64,000 nt of DNA from Lama glama (lineage: Eukaryota): the NCBI GenBank assembly GCA_028534125.1, contig CM052816.1, forward strand, positions 61,320,001 to 61,384,000, read 5' to 3'. Below, piece by piece: positions 11,662-24,039 of the stretch. The notes beneath the pieces were generated by a model, which did not search any database, was not told where the DNA came from, and saw only the letters and a program-made list of their open reading frames with translations. Positions within the stretch are counted from its first letter, which is position 1, and every line of letters begins with the position of its first letter. Position numbers and translations under genes: made by a program.

Positions 11662-14600
11662 TCTGCAGTAATCCAGTTACTCTTAATGAAGAGAAAATTT
11701 CTTAGCTGAGTTCCTCAGAGCTAGAATGTAATTTATAATTACAAGACTCTCTTTCCAAATCAGAGGGAAACAGGACCTAAAGTGGAAGTATTGCAAAGAA
11801 TAAGATATGGTAGGGATAGCCTATATATAGATAGGCAGAGGAAAAAAGGAAAATCAAAACCAATCTCAATGTATTTTACCAAAGGGCTACTGGTAAATGT
11901 GAATGTAATCCACACACTGGAAATCCTTTCTCTTACCAAAATAAGGGATCTGGATTAGATGCCCTATAAGATCCTTTCAGCCTAAAACTGCTAGTAGTCA
12001 ACATGTTTAACTGAACAGATATAATGGATCTGGGAGTATTGATATTAATATATTACACAGTAATGATCTTAAGACTATAGCAGAAACAAAGAGTAAATTA
12101 GTAATATTTAAAATGCTAAGTTCATAAGAAGATAACAAAAATGTAATAATCCTTAAAAATGTAAGACATCTGAATTGAAGACAACAAAAATCACTGTACT
12201 TTTTAATCTCTTGAATAAAATGCATATTATATGTTACAATTATATGAATTCTACCAAACAAATATACAGACAGAATACTTAATGATTTTATTTCATTTTT
12301 AGAACACTGAAAACATGAAAATGGTTTAACTTTGCATTTTAACAGGCTAGGAACTGGTTTCGTGACAGTCTCATCTGTATAATTGGGGCACTTAAGCACT
12401 ATCAAGACCTTAGTAGCATGGCTCTTAAATTCCAATTGGGAGGATGAACAAAAAGCCTAAAGTCTTATTTTTTTTTATTTCTTTTTGCTCTTAGAACAAA
12501 GAAGCCTTCAAGTTGCCCCTAGTTAAGTCACTGATAATAAGTTCTAGCACACAGTACACAGGCTCAAGAATGGAGCCTTCCAGCATCTGCAAGTTAGGTT
12601 TCCTAATCAGGCCCAAAGCTGCATAAGCTGTAATGCAGGCTCCTAACTACTGGAGACAAAAACAAGTTGAACCCCTTCTCCCATAAATCATTAGAGAACT
12701 ACTTGATGGGGGTTTTTCCTTTGCCAGGACTGTGAGTGGTGATTCCTTGCCATGATGTCACAATACTCATTCGACCAGATTCTGAAGAGTCAAAAAAAGT
12801 AACCAATCTCAAAATGATTCTTTTCATCTACTGTTAATGTTCGCTGAGTAACAGATTTGACAACTCAAATTCATAAATGACCGTGATCCTTAACATCCAT
12901 CATTTTTAATATGAATCTAAATATAGATAGTACATTCTTTCAAGAAAATAATGCTTTTATCTTTTTCTTCCCTCTTCCTTACATTTTCACATTTTAAGAT
13001 ATGGCATTGAGAATTCTTTCATTGTTGTCTGAACTTAGTTGTATTCGAGGGACAGTCAAGTTGTGAGAGCACCTTAGTATTTTACATATATAAAAAAGCA
13101 AACTTAAATGACCACGTATTTGGCATCCAACATTGGTAAAATTAAAATCTGTGAAAATTCTTGGATAACTATGACAACAGGGAAGAGTGGTATCAAAGAG
13201 TTTTAAGAAAGCTGAAACTATCAATGATTTTAAAGCACTTGTCCTTTTAGGTTGCTGAAATACTCTTCCCAAGGAATCTTCTATTTTGGAAAACAGAAGA
13301 TACCTGGGAAAGACTATTTTATCAGCCTTGAAGGACAATGGCAGTTAGCTTCCACTCTCTGGAATTTAACTGTGTTTAATATCTTCCAATTTGTATAAAA
13401 TGACACCTAGAAGCTAACGTAACTGTTCCAAATTCCTATCAAATTGTAAGGGAATGATGTCTGAAAATGCTGTTTCCTTCATTAGGAGGCAACTTGGAGT
13501 CTTGGAAAAATGAAGACTTTGTGTTAAAATATTACCTCAATCACTTACTAGCTTTGTGATCTTGAAAAAGTTTAACTTCTGAATTATCTATTCCACATAC
13601 TTGATGTGAGATGACCGATAAAGAACATGACAGTTTCTTCTTTCCTTAGAGAAAACCCATTTCAGTCCAGGATATTTGCTCAGGATAAATTTACAGGTCC
13701 TACTGCTGTATCAGTTAACATTTCAGTTTCTTAGTTCTACAGTCAGAGACAGTTCTGATAACCCCAACTATCAGAATATGATTTTACGTTACAAATGGAA
13801 CTGGTGAACTTCTGGAATGTTTGATGCTTACACCACAACTGAGGGGTAACGGTCCCTCAAAATGGACACCACAGGGAAGGTAAGTGCAATTCAACTGAAT
13901 TCACATGTCTAACGAGTATTTTCTCAGCTCAGTGCAAGAAGATAATGGTAACCACACAGTGGTGCCTCAAAGAAATAAGTGCATTTGTGGTAGTAGAAAA
14001 CAAATGAAATAAACTGAAAGCATTTCAAATAAAAGTATTAAGAAAACAACAGAAGTTCCAAAAAAGTATGCCCTGCTGGTTTTCCCACAATAATGATCCA
14101 ATTAAACCATCAAAACTGTTTGCTGTGGACAGAAAAAGAAAATTGACCTGAATTTTCTCATATACACACAATACTTTGAAGTAAACGGCAGTGCGTTTTA
14201 ACAAATCTAAATTGTATGTTGTACTACTATGTATCTGTAAATTCTTGCCACGATACTAGAGTAATTTCACAGATGAAGCGGAAGACTGGTAACTGCCATT
14301 GCCGCAGGAAGAGACGAGACAGAAAAAAACCACTTTAGATACCCGCTGTTAATCATACTGGTTTACAGGGCTCTCCCCGGCTTGGGAGGGGACGCGAGCT
14401 TCTGAGGCTAAAATCTGTCTGGTGACTGCAGCAACACGTAACAGAGTAAGTAATTCACCAGTTATCTACTCCATTCTATAGGGAGGCTCTCAAACCTAAA
14501 AAGCGAAGAGAAATCCCTTTCTTCCGCTCAGCGCCAAGGAACAGAGCAGTAGGAGAGCACTGACAGTGTTTAAAAAGGACGAGGCTTATATCCCAGAAGC

Positions 14601-14679
14601 CAGGTCTATGTGCCAAAGGCTTCGAGAACTAGTGAGAGAAGGAGGGAAATTAAGGGGAGTTGGGCTCGCAAAAGTTTAC

Positions 14680-14725
14680 CTTTCAGGGCCAGCAGGTGCT
14701 CCTGTTTGGGGGGATTCACTTCCAT
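14680..14725 (-). CDS. TRAPPC13: TRAPPC13 coding exon 1 (46 coding nt), probably also the leader exon of SHLD3
   Basis: AAA ATG G strong Kozak context; encodes MEVNPPKQEHLLALK then G|gtaaac donor; lies at the edge of the CpG island. Confidence 0.95.
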
Positions 14726-14729
14726 TTTG

Positions 14730-15460
14730 ACCGGCACTTTTGACCCGCTGGCTACGGAGGCTGAAGAGGTTCAACCAGCAAGCATGAAAACAGAAAAGCG
14801 CACGTTCGGGAAGACAGGGCATCAATTTCTCTCCGCTGCCGGTGGTGCCTTAAATTCTCCTCTTACCACGTCCTTTACGGACTCAACGGCTTCCTTTTAC
14901 CAAAGCCATCTCTTGCCTCTTAGAGACTATTCGTAAAATACTTCACTAATTTCCAGCCACAGTCAACACACCGCGACTTCAAGAAACCACTCCTCGGGAA
15001 CTACACACGGCCTCCCAAGTATCTACACTGCGGAGTAAAAGATGGAGATGGGGCCTCCTGGGATTTGTGGTCTAAAAGCCGCACGGCATGCAGGGAGATG
15101 TAGTCCCCCGTCCCCGGTCCGTTTTACTGTTGGGAAGACTATATGGTTACTGGAGCGGGAGTTACCTTCGTCAACTTTACTTCTGTTTTACCCCTTCTTT
15201 TCCTCCTTAACTTTATTCCTTCCATCAAATTAAGACTTCTCAATAATAACAAGAATAGTAACAAAGGCCCCACACCCATGCCTGTGAAGCCAAACATCTA
15301 ATGATCGGCGGGAGGAGGAACGAAGAGGCTGGCCGAGCAGCATCCCACGTCGCACTGCGCCTGTGCGCAAGCGGCGAGCGCAGAGGCTTCTGGGTGGCTC
15401 TGCCCCCGGCCTTCAGGTGAAGGCCGTGAAGGCGGCTTCTGCGGCACCGCTCCTCCTAGG
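14730..15460. promoter_or_regulatory. Bidirectional CpG-island promoter and 5' leaders for TRAPPC13/SHLD3 (-) and TRIM23 (+)
   Basis: The two ATGs are head-to-head about 735 bp apart in CpG-dense sequence. ZNF143/THAP11-type motifs on the minus strand at 15054-15072 (GACCACAAATCCCAGGAGG) and 15085-15105 (GACTACATCTCCCTGCATGCC); NRF1-like TGCGCCTGTGCGCA near 15356-15369. Confidence 0.85.
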
Positions 15461-15541
15461 ATGGCTGCCCTGGTTGTAAGCAAGCCTGGAGCGGGACTAG
15501 ACAGTGGCCGTCAGGGCAGCCGGGGGACGGCCGTGGTGAAG
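15461..15541 (+). CDS. TRIM23: TRIM23 exon 1 coding part
   Basis: MAALVVSKPGAGLDSGRQGSRGTAVVK then AAG|gtgagg donor. Confidence 0.95.
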
Positions 15542-16870
15542 GTGAGGGACTTTGCGTGCTCTGTTCTCCACCATCGGCCTCCCGTCGTTTCATTCCCGGA
15601 GATCTGGCGGCAGCGCCGCGGCCCTGGCTTTTTTGGGCGGGATGCGCGGCCTCTGGGCCTCCTTCGGCATTACAAGGCTTGCCCTTCCCACCTCGACCCT
15701 TATAACCCCAGGCCTGAGGTTACCTGGTCTTCTGCTCGTGCCAGTCCTCTGCTTGGAGTCGCCAGTGGGGACATTTGTGTATCCACCTGCAAGAATGACC
15801 TGGGCTTGTCTTTCCCCAGGTCCTTTGCTTTTAGTTAAGCTCAACAGGCATTTATTAGCTTATTTTTTGTTAAATTGAGCCATTAGTATTGTCAGATGTA
15901 GTTAGATATTTTAACTCGTTCATGTCTACTTATGAGAAAGGTTAATTCCCGTTTTACAGGTGAGGAAACTCAGGTTTCAGTTAACGCAGTGTGTAGCAGA
16001 GCCAGAGTTGGCTGGCTCTACAGTATGCTTTTCGCTGTTGCACTGCTACTATAATCAGACCTGTATTATTGCTTGACCTGCTCTTGGTAGGACAGGCTGT
16101 CAGCACTTTTGAGAAGTCTCCAACAGCACCACAAATGCTGGGGGATGTGAATTGCCCTATGCTTGAAGTCTGAAATTCTACCGTATGTAAATGCTCTAAA
16201 ATGTATTTACTGAAAAATCAGTTGAAATATGAGGAATTCATTTTCCCTTTGATTCACACATACACGGCAAAGATCTGGAAGGGTTAACTGATCTCAGTGG
16301 TTTGTGAATAACTTTTCAGGATCATCTATAATTTGAGATATTAGTAATTCTTGTTCTTTTTTTAAAAAATCTTAACTCTTTATTACATATTAGAATCACT
16401 GAGGACTTAAAAAAAAATCTACTTAATCCCCCAGTTCTGATTAAGTTGAGACCAGTATGTTTTTTGCATTGCCAGAGTGATTTTAGTTTGCAATCAGGTT
16501 TCAGAACCACTGGACCAAATATCATAAATTCTTTTAAGATCTTAAATAATAGGCACCTATGATTTTTCACCTAATTTTGGTTTTATATGACAATAAACAA
16601 TATATTTCTGCTCACAACTGTATTATCAGTCAGTATTGGTGGTGGTTGATTCATCTGACCATGAGGTATTAATGAAGTTATTCTGAAGGTACACAACATA
16701 TCTGAGATGCAGGGGAGCCCTCTTATTAGGCTTGTTGTAAAGTTGAGATTTTATTTATTGAATTTTTTCTAAGTAGAGACTTTTTCTAAGTAGAGACTAC
16801 CTGAAGATTATTTTGTGAATTTACTTGAAGAAGTTATAATTGGAATGGTTATTACTCTGTAACTACTTTT

Positions 16871-16997
16871 CTTTTTTCTTTTTTTAAACTTTTTTAGGTT
16901 TATTTATTTATTTATTTTAATACAAGTACTGGGAATTGAACCCAGAACCTCATGCATGCTAGGCAGGCACTCTACCGCTGAGCTATATACCCTGCCC
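16871..16997 (-). mobile_element. tRNA-derived SINE (camelid vic-1-like)
   Basis: Minus strand reads TATAGCTCAGCGGTAGAG...GGGTTCAATTCCC; TSD ctgtaacta(c/g)tttt at 16857-16870 and 16998-17011. Confidence 0.85.
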
Positions 16998-17819
16998 CTG
17001 TAACTAGTTTTATTATCCTATTTGTCTTAAAATCTCAAAAATAAACCAAAGCCTAATGTAACTCCAGTTTATTATAGCACAGAGTTTGATATATTAGAGG
17101 ATGATTTTGTTAATTTTCATTTTTGGCATATTGTGAAGTTTATAAAATTAAAAGCTTTTTTCCCTACCTAGGACTTAATTTCTTATGTGTTAGCCACAAT
17201 TTCTATTCATAAATACTGAAGAAAGAATTTCTTCCTCTGTTATTTACTGCATTGATGCAAAATAGTCTCATAACTATTTTTGGACCCATGTTTGGTTTAC
17301 TAATCAGTGGAATTTTACTAGTGCTTTTGGAAAAAACCTAGGGTAGCAACATGAGGATGTTATTTTATCTTGTGTAGTGATGGGATCAGAGATATAAGGT
17401 ATGAATGAACAAAGTAAAATTTTAATTTGGTTCTTTGGAGTTTTTTGTCATGTAAGTTTAATGTATTATGGTGTCACTATAGTGAGAACATTTATTTAAA
17501 ATGTTGCATTTATTTTATAATATCTAATTCTTTTGTGAATACCTTTTCTGTATTTAACTGAATTTGTTATTTAAGTGAGGATATTTAAGTGAAACTTAAA
17601 AAAAGTAAGATAAATTGAAGTGTGTATTATGTATATATGTAAAATTTATGCAGAGCTGTTCCCCGCTTCCCTTCCTTATCGAGAAGCGCAATTCCAATGT
17701 AATGTTTCCTGTGTATCTTGCCAGAAAGATAGTATGCTTGTAAAACAATATATATAAAAATATATGCTCTTTTGCTCACCTCCTTTATGAAAAAGTTAAA
17801 TATTCTATATGTCACTTTC

Positions 17820-18300
17820 CACTTTGCTTTATTAATATGAAATCATTTTGTGTGTGTACATAAACCATCCTATTCTTCACTAGACTGCATAATTTTGCAG
17901 TATATGAATGTGTCCTAATTTATTTTCCATGTATATTTGCTTTGTTTCCAATCTTTTGCTAATGCAGAAAGTGCTGTAAGGAATAGCATATAAATCTCAC
18001 ACACGCGTGATATATTTGTAGGATAAATTCCTGGAAGTAGAATTACAAAGCTACTCAAACATTTGATGGATATTGCTAAATTGCCCTCCATAGTGGCTGT
18101 ATTAGTCAATAAACATTTCACAGCAACAGCAATGTATTTGCTCTCCCACATGTCTACCAGCACAAAGTGTTACCAACCTTTTGATCTAATCTGAAAAAAG
18201 TATACTGGTGTAGCTTTAATTGCATTTCAAAATGTTTTGGGCGAGGTTGAACATCTTTTCATATAATTAAAGAGCTCTTTTCATTTTCTGTGAACTGCGT
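17820..18300 (-). mobile_element. Old L1 (L1M-type) ORF2 3' fragment
   Basis: Degenerate ORF2 C-terminal translation (ILLPGIYP...MLFLTALSALAKDWKQSK) in the ORF track at 17915-18163. Confidence 0.65.
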
Positions 18301-19247
18301 TACATTTAAGCTTCTTTTGAACCATACTGGGATGCAGGCCAGTTATGAATTATTTGAATTATCTGTTTACAGTGAAAGATGTTTGCATTTTAAACACTGA
18401 CTCCAAATTAATTGCAGAGTTAAGATTAAAATTTGTAGTAGGTCATGGGTGGCAGGCACAGGAATTTGTGGTACAATTGAACAGTTCAGGGTGGGTATTT
18501 TTTAAAAAGTCAATTTGTGAAACACTTAAGGCATATTAAGACATAAGAGTACCTTTGGTATTTACACTTTGTTGACTACTTATAAAACAGACTCATGAGC
18601 CTGGGGATCAGAATATGCCAATTCCTGTCACCTTTGTTTTTTGACTGACTGCATGACCTTGAGCAAATCATGTACTTGTAACTGTAACTAGATAGACAAA
18701 ATATTTTCTAACCCAGTGGCATATCTATTAATTGAGAACAAGGAATTGAAATTTAAGTCCAATTGTATTCTTACCTTTATATTATATAATGGAGTGGCTA
18801 CTAGAAGATAGTGAAAAATTACTTACAGTATTTTCTTAACAAGTTCTTTATCATTTACAAGGTAAATTGTCATCCTAGCAAATATTTCAGATTACTTTTA
18901 TCCAAAGTAATGATGATTCTTTGAGAGTTATGTAATTGCAGATAAATTGTTTAAGAATCCAACTTTGGTGGAGTTATATTTTGTTACGGATTTAAGTATA
19001 ATGAATCAATTCATAATTTTCAAAAGCTAAAGATGTTAATATACAATGTTGTCTTGGTCCCTGACACTTATCATTTCAAGATTTCGCTATGTAGAGTCTG
19101 TCAGAGAAGGTGATAAAAAAGGTGATTTAAAGTTTTACACCTAGACAGTTTTTTTCATGGAGAAATAAAGTAACTTAACAAGATTAATTCATTAAGTTAT
19201 GCTTTTAAAGTCATTTAAAGATCACATGTTTCCTTTCCAATTATTAG

Positions 19248-19410
19248 GTGCTGGAGTGTGGAGTTTGTGAAGATGTCTTTTCTTTACAAGGAGACAAAGT
19301 TCCTCGCCTTCTACTTTGTGGCCACACAGTCTGTCATGACTGTCTCACTCGCCTGCCTCTTCATGGAAGAGCAATCCGTTGCCCTTTTGATCGACAAGTA
19401 ACAGACCTCG
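19248..19410 (+). CDS. TRIM23: TRIM23 exon 2 (RING finger)
   Basis: attag|GTG; VLECGVCEDVF...LLCGHTVCHDC...CPFDRQVTDL; G|gtagga donor. Confidence 0.97.
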
Positions 19411-20859
19411 GTAGGAAAATTTACAATTGTTCATGTAATACAAATGTTATAGAAAACAATTTCTTTCCATTGATTTTTAAAAATTTTAAATTCCAAGGAG
19501 GTTTCAAGTCCTGTTAAGGCTAGTAGTCTTAAAACTATAAACTAGCTCACTTTTAGGTACTAATTTTATTTCGCCTTCTGAGATGTTTATATTCAGTGCT
19601 TATAGATGAATAGTTTTAAGATACCTGAGAAGAACATTCTAACCTTATTCATTTGCCTAAAGCTATTAGTCCAGGAAAACAATGTTTACTTTAGAAATGA
19701 ATAGACCAATAATGGAAACACAAATAACTAATTTGAGTCTCAGCGTGTTGTTGACTGATATCAGAGACAGAAGTGTTTGCAGCTTGTGATAACTACTCCT
19801 TGTTTTCTGTTAAAATGAATTTAAAGGTCTGATGGATTTTTTTCAGTTTCTTGCATACTTTTAAAACTTCACTGTATTTCAAAATGAGTTATTGCTGTGG
19901 GAGATCAGATTTGGAAATAACAACATTTATTAATATTTGAACAGTTATTTTACAAACATAAATTCCATGTTTATTCTTCTCGATAATGGAATTTTCTCCA
20001 AAATTAATAGTTTGAGGTTGTCATTTTTTTTCAGGTCAGTAGCACTATTTGTTTTAAGCTTGTTTCCATGTATTCATACTGTATGTCAAGTGGAACACAT
20101 TCAAAATAATTTAGCCACCAAAAAAAGAAAGCAGAAGTGCCCAGATTTTTAGACTGTAAAGCTTTAAAATGCTAAGAAACATGATTGTAAAATGTTTTGT
20201 TGTAGGGGATGAATAGGTTTCTTAAGGTTTTGGTAGTCTTTGAGGGTATCAGTCAAGACCAGATTTCCAAGCTAGCTAAATTAGGAGATGGCTGTGTTTT
20301 TCAAGAGGGCTTAAGGCAGCGTCCCTCCCCGTGAGGGCTAGGAAGGTTGTTGTGGGAGGATTCAGAAACTGTTCCATCACCTTAAGTGAGTCATAAATCC
20401 CTGAGGCCTGTCTGAAAGTAGGAGGAGGAGCCCTGATTTCCGTAGAGGTTGCTTTTCTGTCTCAGATGGGGAGGAGTAGTCTCTGAGGACCTGAGGAGGG
20501 CCTCCTGTCAGCAGGGCCTCCTCTGGGGCCTCCTGTGGGGCCAGGAGGCTGTGGGATCCTCAGACGGAGGCATCTGTTGACTGGGCCATACAGGAGAATA
20601 GGATTTATAAAGTTAAATGGTAGAAAAATATAATAGAACTTTCAAGTGTGTTTCTACTTAGAATGCTAAGGAGTTATGTATTTTAGAGAGATTATTAAGA
20701 CAATTGTTCTAACATAAACAGAAAATGGAGAAATTTTGAATTTGTAAAATTTAGACATTAATAATTATTAAAGTATGTGACAGAAATTACTATTGAGTTA
20801 TGAGGTAGAATGAATAATATTCCATTTTGTTAGATTTAGTTTTTATTTTTATATTCCAG

Positions 20860-20981
20860 GAGATTCAGGTGTTTGGGGATTGAAAAAAAATTTTGCTTTA
20901 TTGGAGCTTTTGGAACGATTGCAGAATGGACATATTGGTCAGTATGGAGCTGCAGAAGAAGCTATTGGGATATCTGGAGAG
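20860..20981 (+). CDS. TRIM23: TRIM23 exon 3
   Basis: ttccag|GA GAT TCA; DSGVWGLKKNFALLELLERLQNGHIGQYGAAEEAIGISGE; GAG|gtatta. Confidence 0.95.
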
Positions 20982-22935
20982 GTATTAACTGAACCTGGTG
21001 AAATATTTGTTATGAGCATGAATTTTGTCTTTTAATTTAAAATACTTGCCATTATAAGTACAATATTACCTCACTTACCTAGCAGGTAGGATTCCAGAAA
21101 CACAACTTTTCACTGCATTACAGTTCTGAAGGCAGTGATACCACCAAAAGAACACAAAACTGAAACTTGAATTCTCTGAAAATACTATACCCAAACTATG
21201 TTTTAGATTTATCTCCTCATCATCATGAGTTCTACCTAAGGATAAAGTGAAAGAGTAAGAAGATTGTGGAAGAATAAGAAGGCTGTGTAAGCTCCAGTAA
21301 AGCAGAGGTTGCAAAAGTGAATCATTCAACAGTAAAGCACAGAGGAAGAAAGAGGATCTCCATGAAAGAGGCCTTTAGTGTAGAGGCAGGATGCCTTAAA
21401 GATAGCAGTAGCTCCTGATGGATTACTATTAAATATCTTCTTGAAAAGGTTAAATTGTGTGTAGGTATAGTCTCTTTATCCAGACATGTAAATATCCAGT
21501 AAATATTAGAAAAACCATTAACACAAGTTAAACTACATTTTTAACACTTAAAAAAATTGTCTGTATAGCTCATAGACTGTTCTGAGCATAAGAATAATTG
21601 TAGTAAATTACTTAATAATTTTAGTGATCAGCTTTTTTTGGTTTATTATTTTTATTGACAAGGTTTATAGGAACAAATTAAATAGTTAAAACCAAAGGCC
21701 AATTCTTAAGTCTCATTTAGTTGTTTATTTCACTCATTCGTATTAAGTATACGTTTTTCTAATATCTTAACTTTATCAAGAAACAAGTCAAATCTGTGAA
21801 AATATTTTAAACTTTAAAACCACATCTTTAGTACCAAGGGAGAAAATGTCAGATTGGTTTTTTTTTTACTGCTCTTTGATTAGATCATGATTTCTTAATA
21901 AAAAGAAAGTTAGTGAAATGAATTTCAAACTGAAACACTGTTTTCCAAAATTTTTGCAGTTCCTTTATGTGATTTATCTTTTATTTTGAAAGACATTAGA
22001 ATATTATCTAATGTTGACCTTGTAAGTTATTTGCCAGGTCTGGGAAACAAGATGTGACATTTCTATTTTACATATATACATTTTTCGTAATTGCAAATAA
22101 AACTGTTTAACTTTGGCTTTATTTTTTATTTAATGTAATATTGAATGACACCACTGATGTATTTGCTAATTTTTATTTCTGGAAGAATTTGTACCAAATC
22201 TTTCCCTTTCCAGTTATGACCTTCTAGTAATCAGTGAAAGTTTTCAAAGCATTCTTGATTATCTGACATGTAGAATTTTCCATCTCAAAACGCTTTTTAG
22301 TAATTTGTAAAAATCAGAAATAATATTTAAAAGCTTATATATAACATGCATTTTATTTTATTTTTTCCCCCTAAATCAAAGGTTTTCAGCCAGAATAGTG
22401 CAATGTGGAGCTTTAGAAAAAATACATAGCTCAGACTTCATCTACAACCTATTGAGAAAGAAGTATTTCTCAGGTTGAAGTCTGGGCATTTATGCTTTTA
22501 AAAGCTTCAAGTTATCTACATAATGTTTGTGCTTCTTTTCTTCTACATATCATCATGACAAGTAATATTTAAAGCAGTGGGGATCTATTTAATATCAGTT
22601 TTTTCAGCCATTAAAAAAAGACTTCTAACCTTTATTGTCAGTTTCTTGTTTGAAAAGTGAGGGGATTTAGTGGAAGATATGTTTTCACTGACTGAATCAA
22701 TAATGATAGTTTTATTTTTGGCCTCAAATTCATAACATACACTGATGATTTTGGAAATAGTTTCTCTCTTATCCATAGAAATGAATAGCGAATGAATTTT
22801 GTATTTAATTACTGGTATATTTTTATATATAAAGGCTGATAAGTTAAAAAAGAAGTATCGACTTTTATATTTCAAAATTTTGCATGTTATAATGATTGGG
22901 GTTTAGTTTTAATATAAGACTTTTTTGTTTATCAG

Positions 22936-23214
22936 AGCATCATTCGTTGTGATGAAGATGAAGCTCACGTTGCATCTGTATATTGCACTGTATGTGCAAC
23001 TCATTTGTGCTCAGAGTGTTCCCAAGTTACTCATTCTACAAAGACATTAGCGAAGCATAGGAGAGTGCCTCTAGCTGATAAACCTCATGAAAAAACCATG
23101 TGCTCTCAGCATCAGGTGCATGCCATTGAGTTTGTTTGCTTGGAAGATGGCTGTCAAACTAGCCCACTTATGTGCTGTGTCTGCAAAGAATATGGAAAAC
23201 ACCAAGGTCACAAG
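22936..23214 (+). CDS. TRIM23: TRIM23 exon 4 (B-boxes)
   Basis: atcag|AGC ATC; SIIRCDEDEAHVASVYCTVCATHLCSEC...CKEYGKHQGHK; AAG|gtatgt. Confidence 0.96.
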
Positions 23215-23807
23215 GTATGTATATAGTTAAAGTGGGTAGCTCTGCCTAGTTTACCAGCCCACCATTCATTTTCACTGACTTGGTTCTTTATGCTGGAAGT
23301 AGAGGTTGAAGGAGAGCTAAATGATGAATGAGCTGAGCTTGGTAGTGCGAAAAGAAGTGAGAGATTTATTTTCTGAATGTCATAACAAGTTTCAGAGAGG
23401 CCTCGCTCTTGGGAACGAGCCTGATTCTTTCTTTACTCAAAAATGGCTTTCCAGTAGGAAACAGAAGTTCTTTTCTTTGTGTGCATGTTTTCATAATGCA
23501 CTGGATTGTTTTGATAATATTTGTGTCTACTGATGAATTAATGCTTGTGATAAAATTTTAGAGAGAGTCTTTTGGATTCTTGTTTAGTGATAAATGGACT
23601 TCCAAATTTTAAAATATTTCTTTGAAGCATAAATAGTTTTGAGGTGAAGGTGAATTAGTATTTCTTAAGCTCTGCTTTTTGTAAATGTGTTATAAAAGCT
23701 GCTTGCAGCTGATGCTTTTTTTTAAGTAATAGGAATGACTTAAATAGCATTTTATGTCATTAGTCACTACTATGCATTCTTTTCTATAATTATGTTGCAT
23801 CTTATAG

Positions 23808-23990
23808 CATTCAGTATTGGAACCAGAAGCTAATCAGATCCGAGCATCAATTTTAGATATGGCTCATTGCATACGGACCTTCACTGAGGAAATCTCAGAT
23901 TATTCTAGAAAATTAGTTGGAATCGTTCAGCACATTGAAGGAGGAGAACAAATAGTGGAAGATGGAATTGGAATGGCCCACACAGAACAC
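23808..23990 (+). CDS. TRIM23: TRIM23 exon 5
   Basis: tatag|CAT TCA; HSVLEPEANQIRASILDMAHC...GMAHTEH; CAC|gtatgg. Confidence 0.94.
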
Positions 23991-24039
23991 GTATGGATGT
24001 TTTTCTTCCCTACTCTTTTCCCCTCATCTTTTCACCTGC

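Larger units (their letters stand above)
3091..14725 (-). other. TRAPPC13: TRAPPC13 gene, 5' part: coding exons 1-4 (14680-14725, 4846-4914, 4184-4283, 3091-3175); the rest lies left of the window
   Basis: The joined exons (300 nt) translate as [100 protein letters not shown], recognised as the TRAPPC13 N-terminus. All introns are GT-AG with matching phases. Confidence 0.96.

Noticed and set aside
11662..11668. Alternative acceptor ctgcag immediately before the SHLD3 ATG, giving a TRAPPC13-SHLD3 fusion protein
   Set aside because: There is no pyrimidine tract, and joining exon 1 gives AAA GAA TGA, a stop. The 11776 acceptor is also out of frame with the TRAPPC13 ATG.
12007..13338. 142-aa and 114-aa minus-strand ORFs upstream of SHLD3 as further nested genes
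   Set aside because: Both begin at TTG rather than ATG, have AT-driven I/L/F/K composition and show no domain motifs.
14610..15878. ORFs of 60-125 aa around the promoter (14610-14936 +, 15552-15878 +, 15590-15844 -, and the extension of 15461 to 15838)
   Set aside because: Expected from stop-codon scarcity in a CpG island. The 15461 ORF is TRIM23 exon 1 reading through its donor, and the others have no recognisable homology.
16764..16798. Small tandem duplication tttttctaagtagagac x2 (a similar one lies near 35855-35878)
   Set aside because: Ordinary slippage duplication with no functional hint.
21072..21329. 84-aa antisense ORF ending at a consensus donor (CTAG|GTAAGTGA) as an antisense exon
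   Set aside because: No matching acceptor, partner exon or homology; isolated consensus donors are common.
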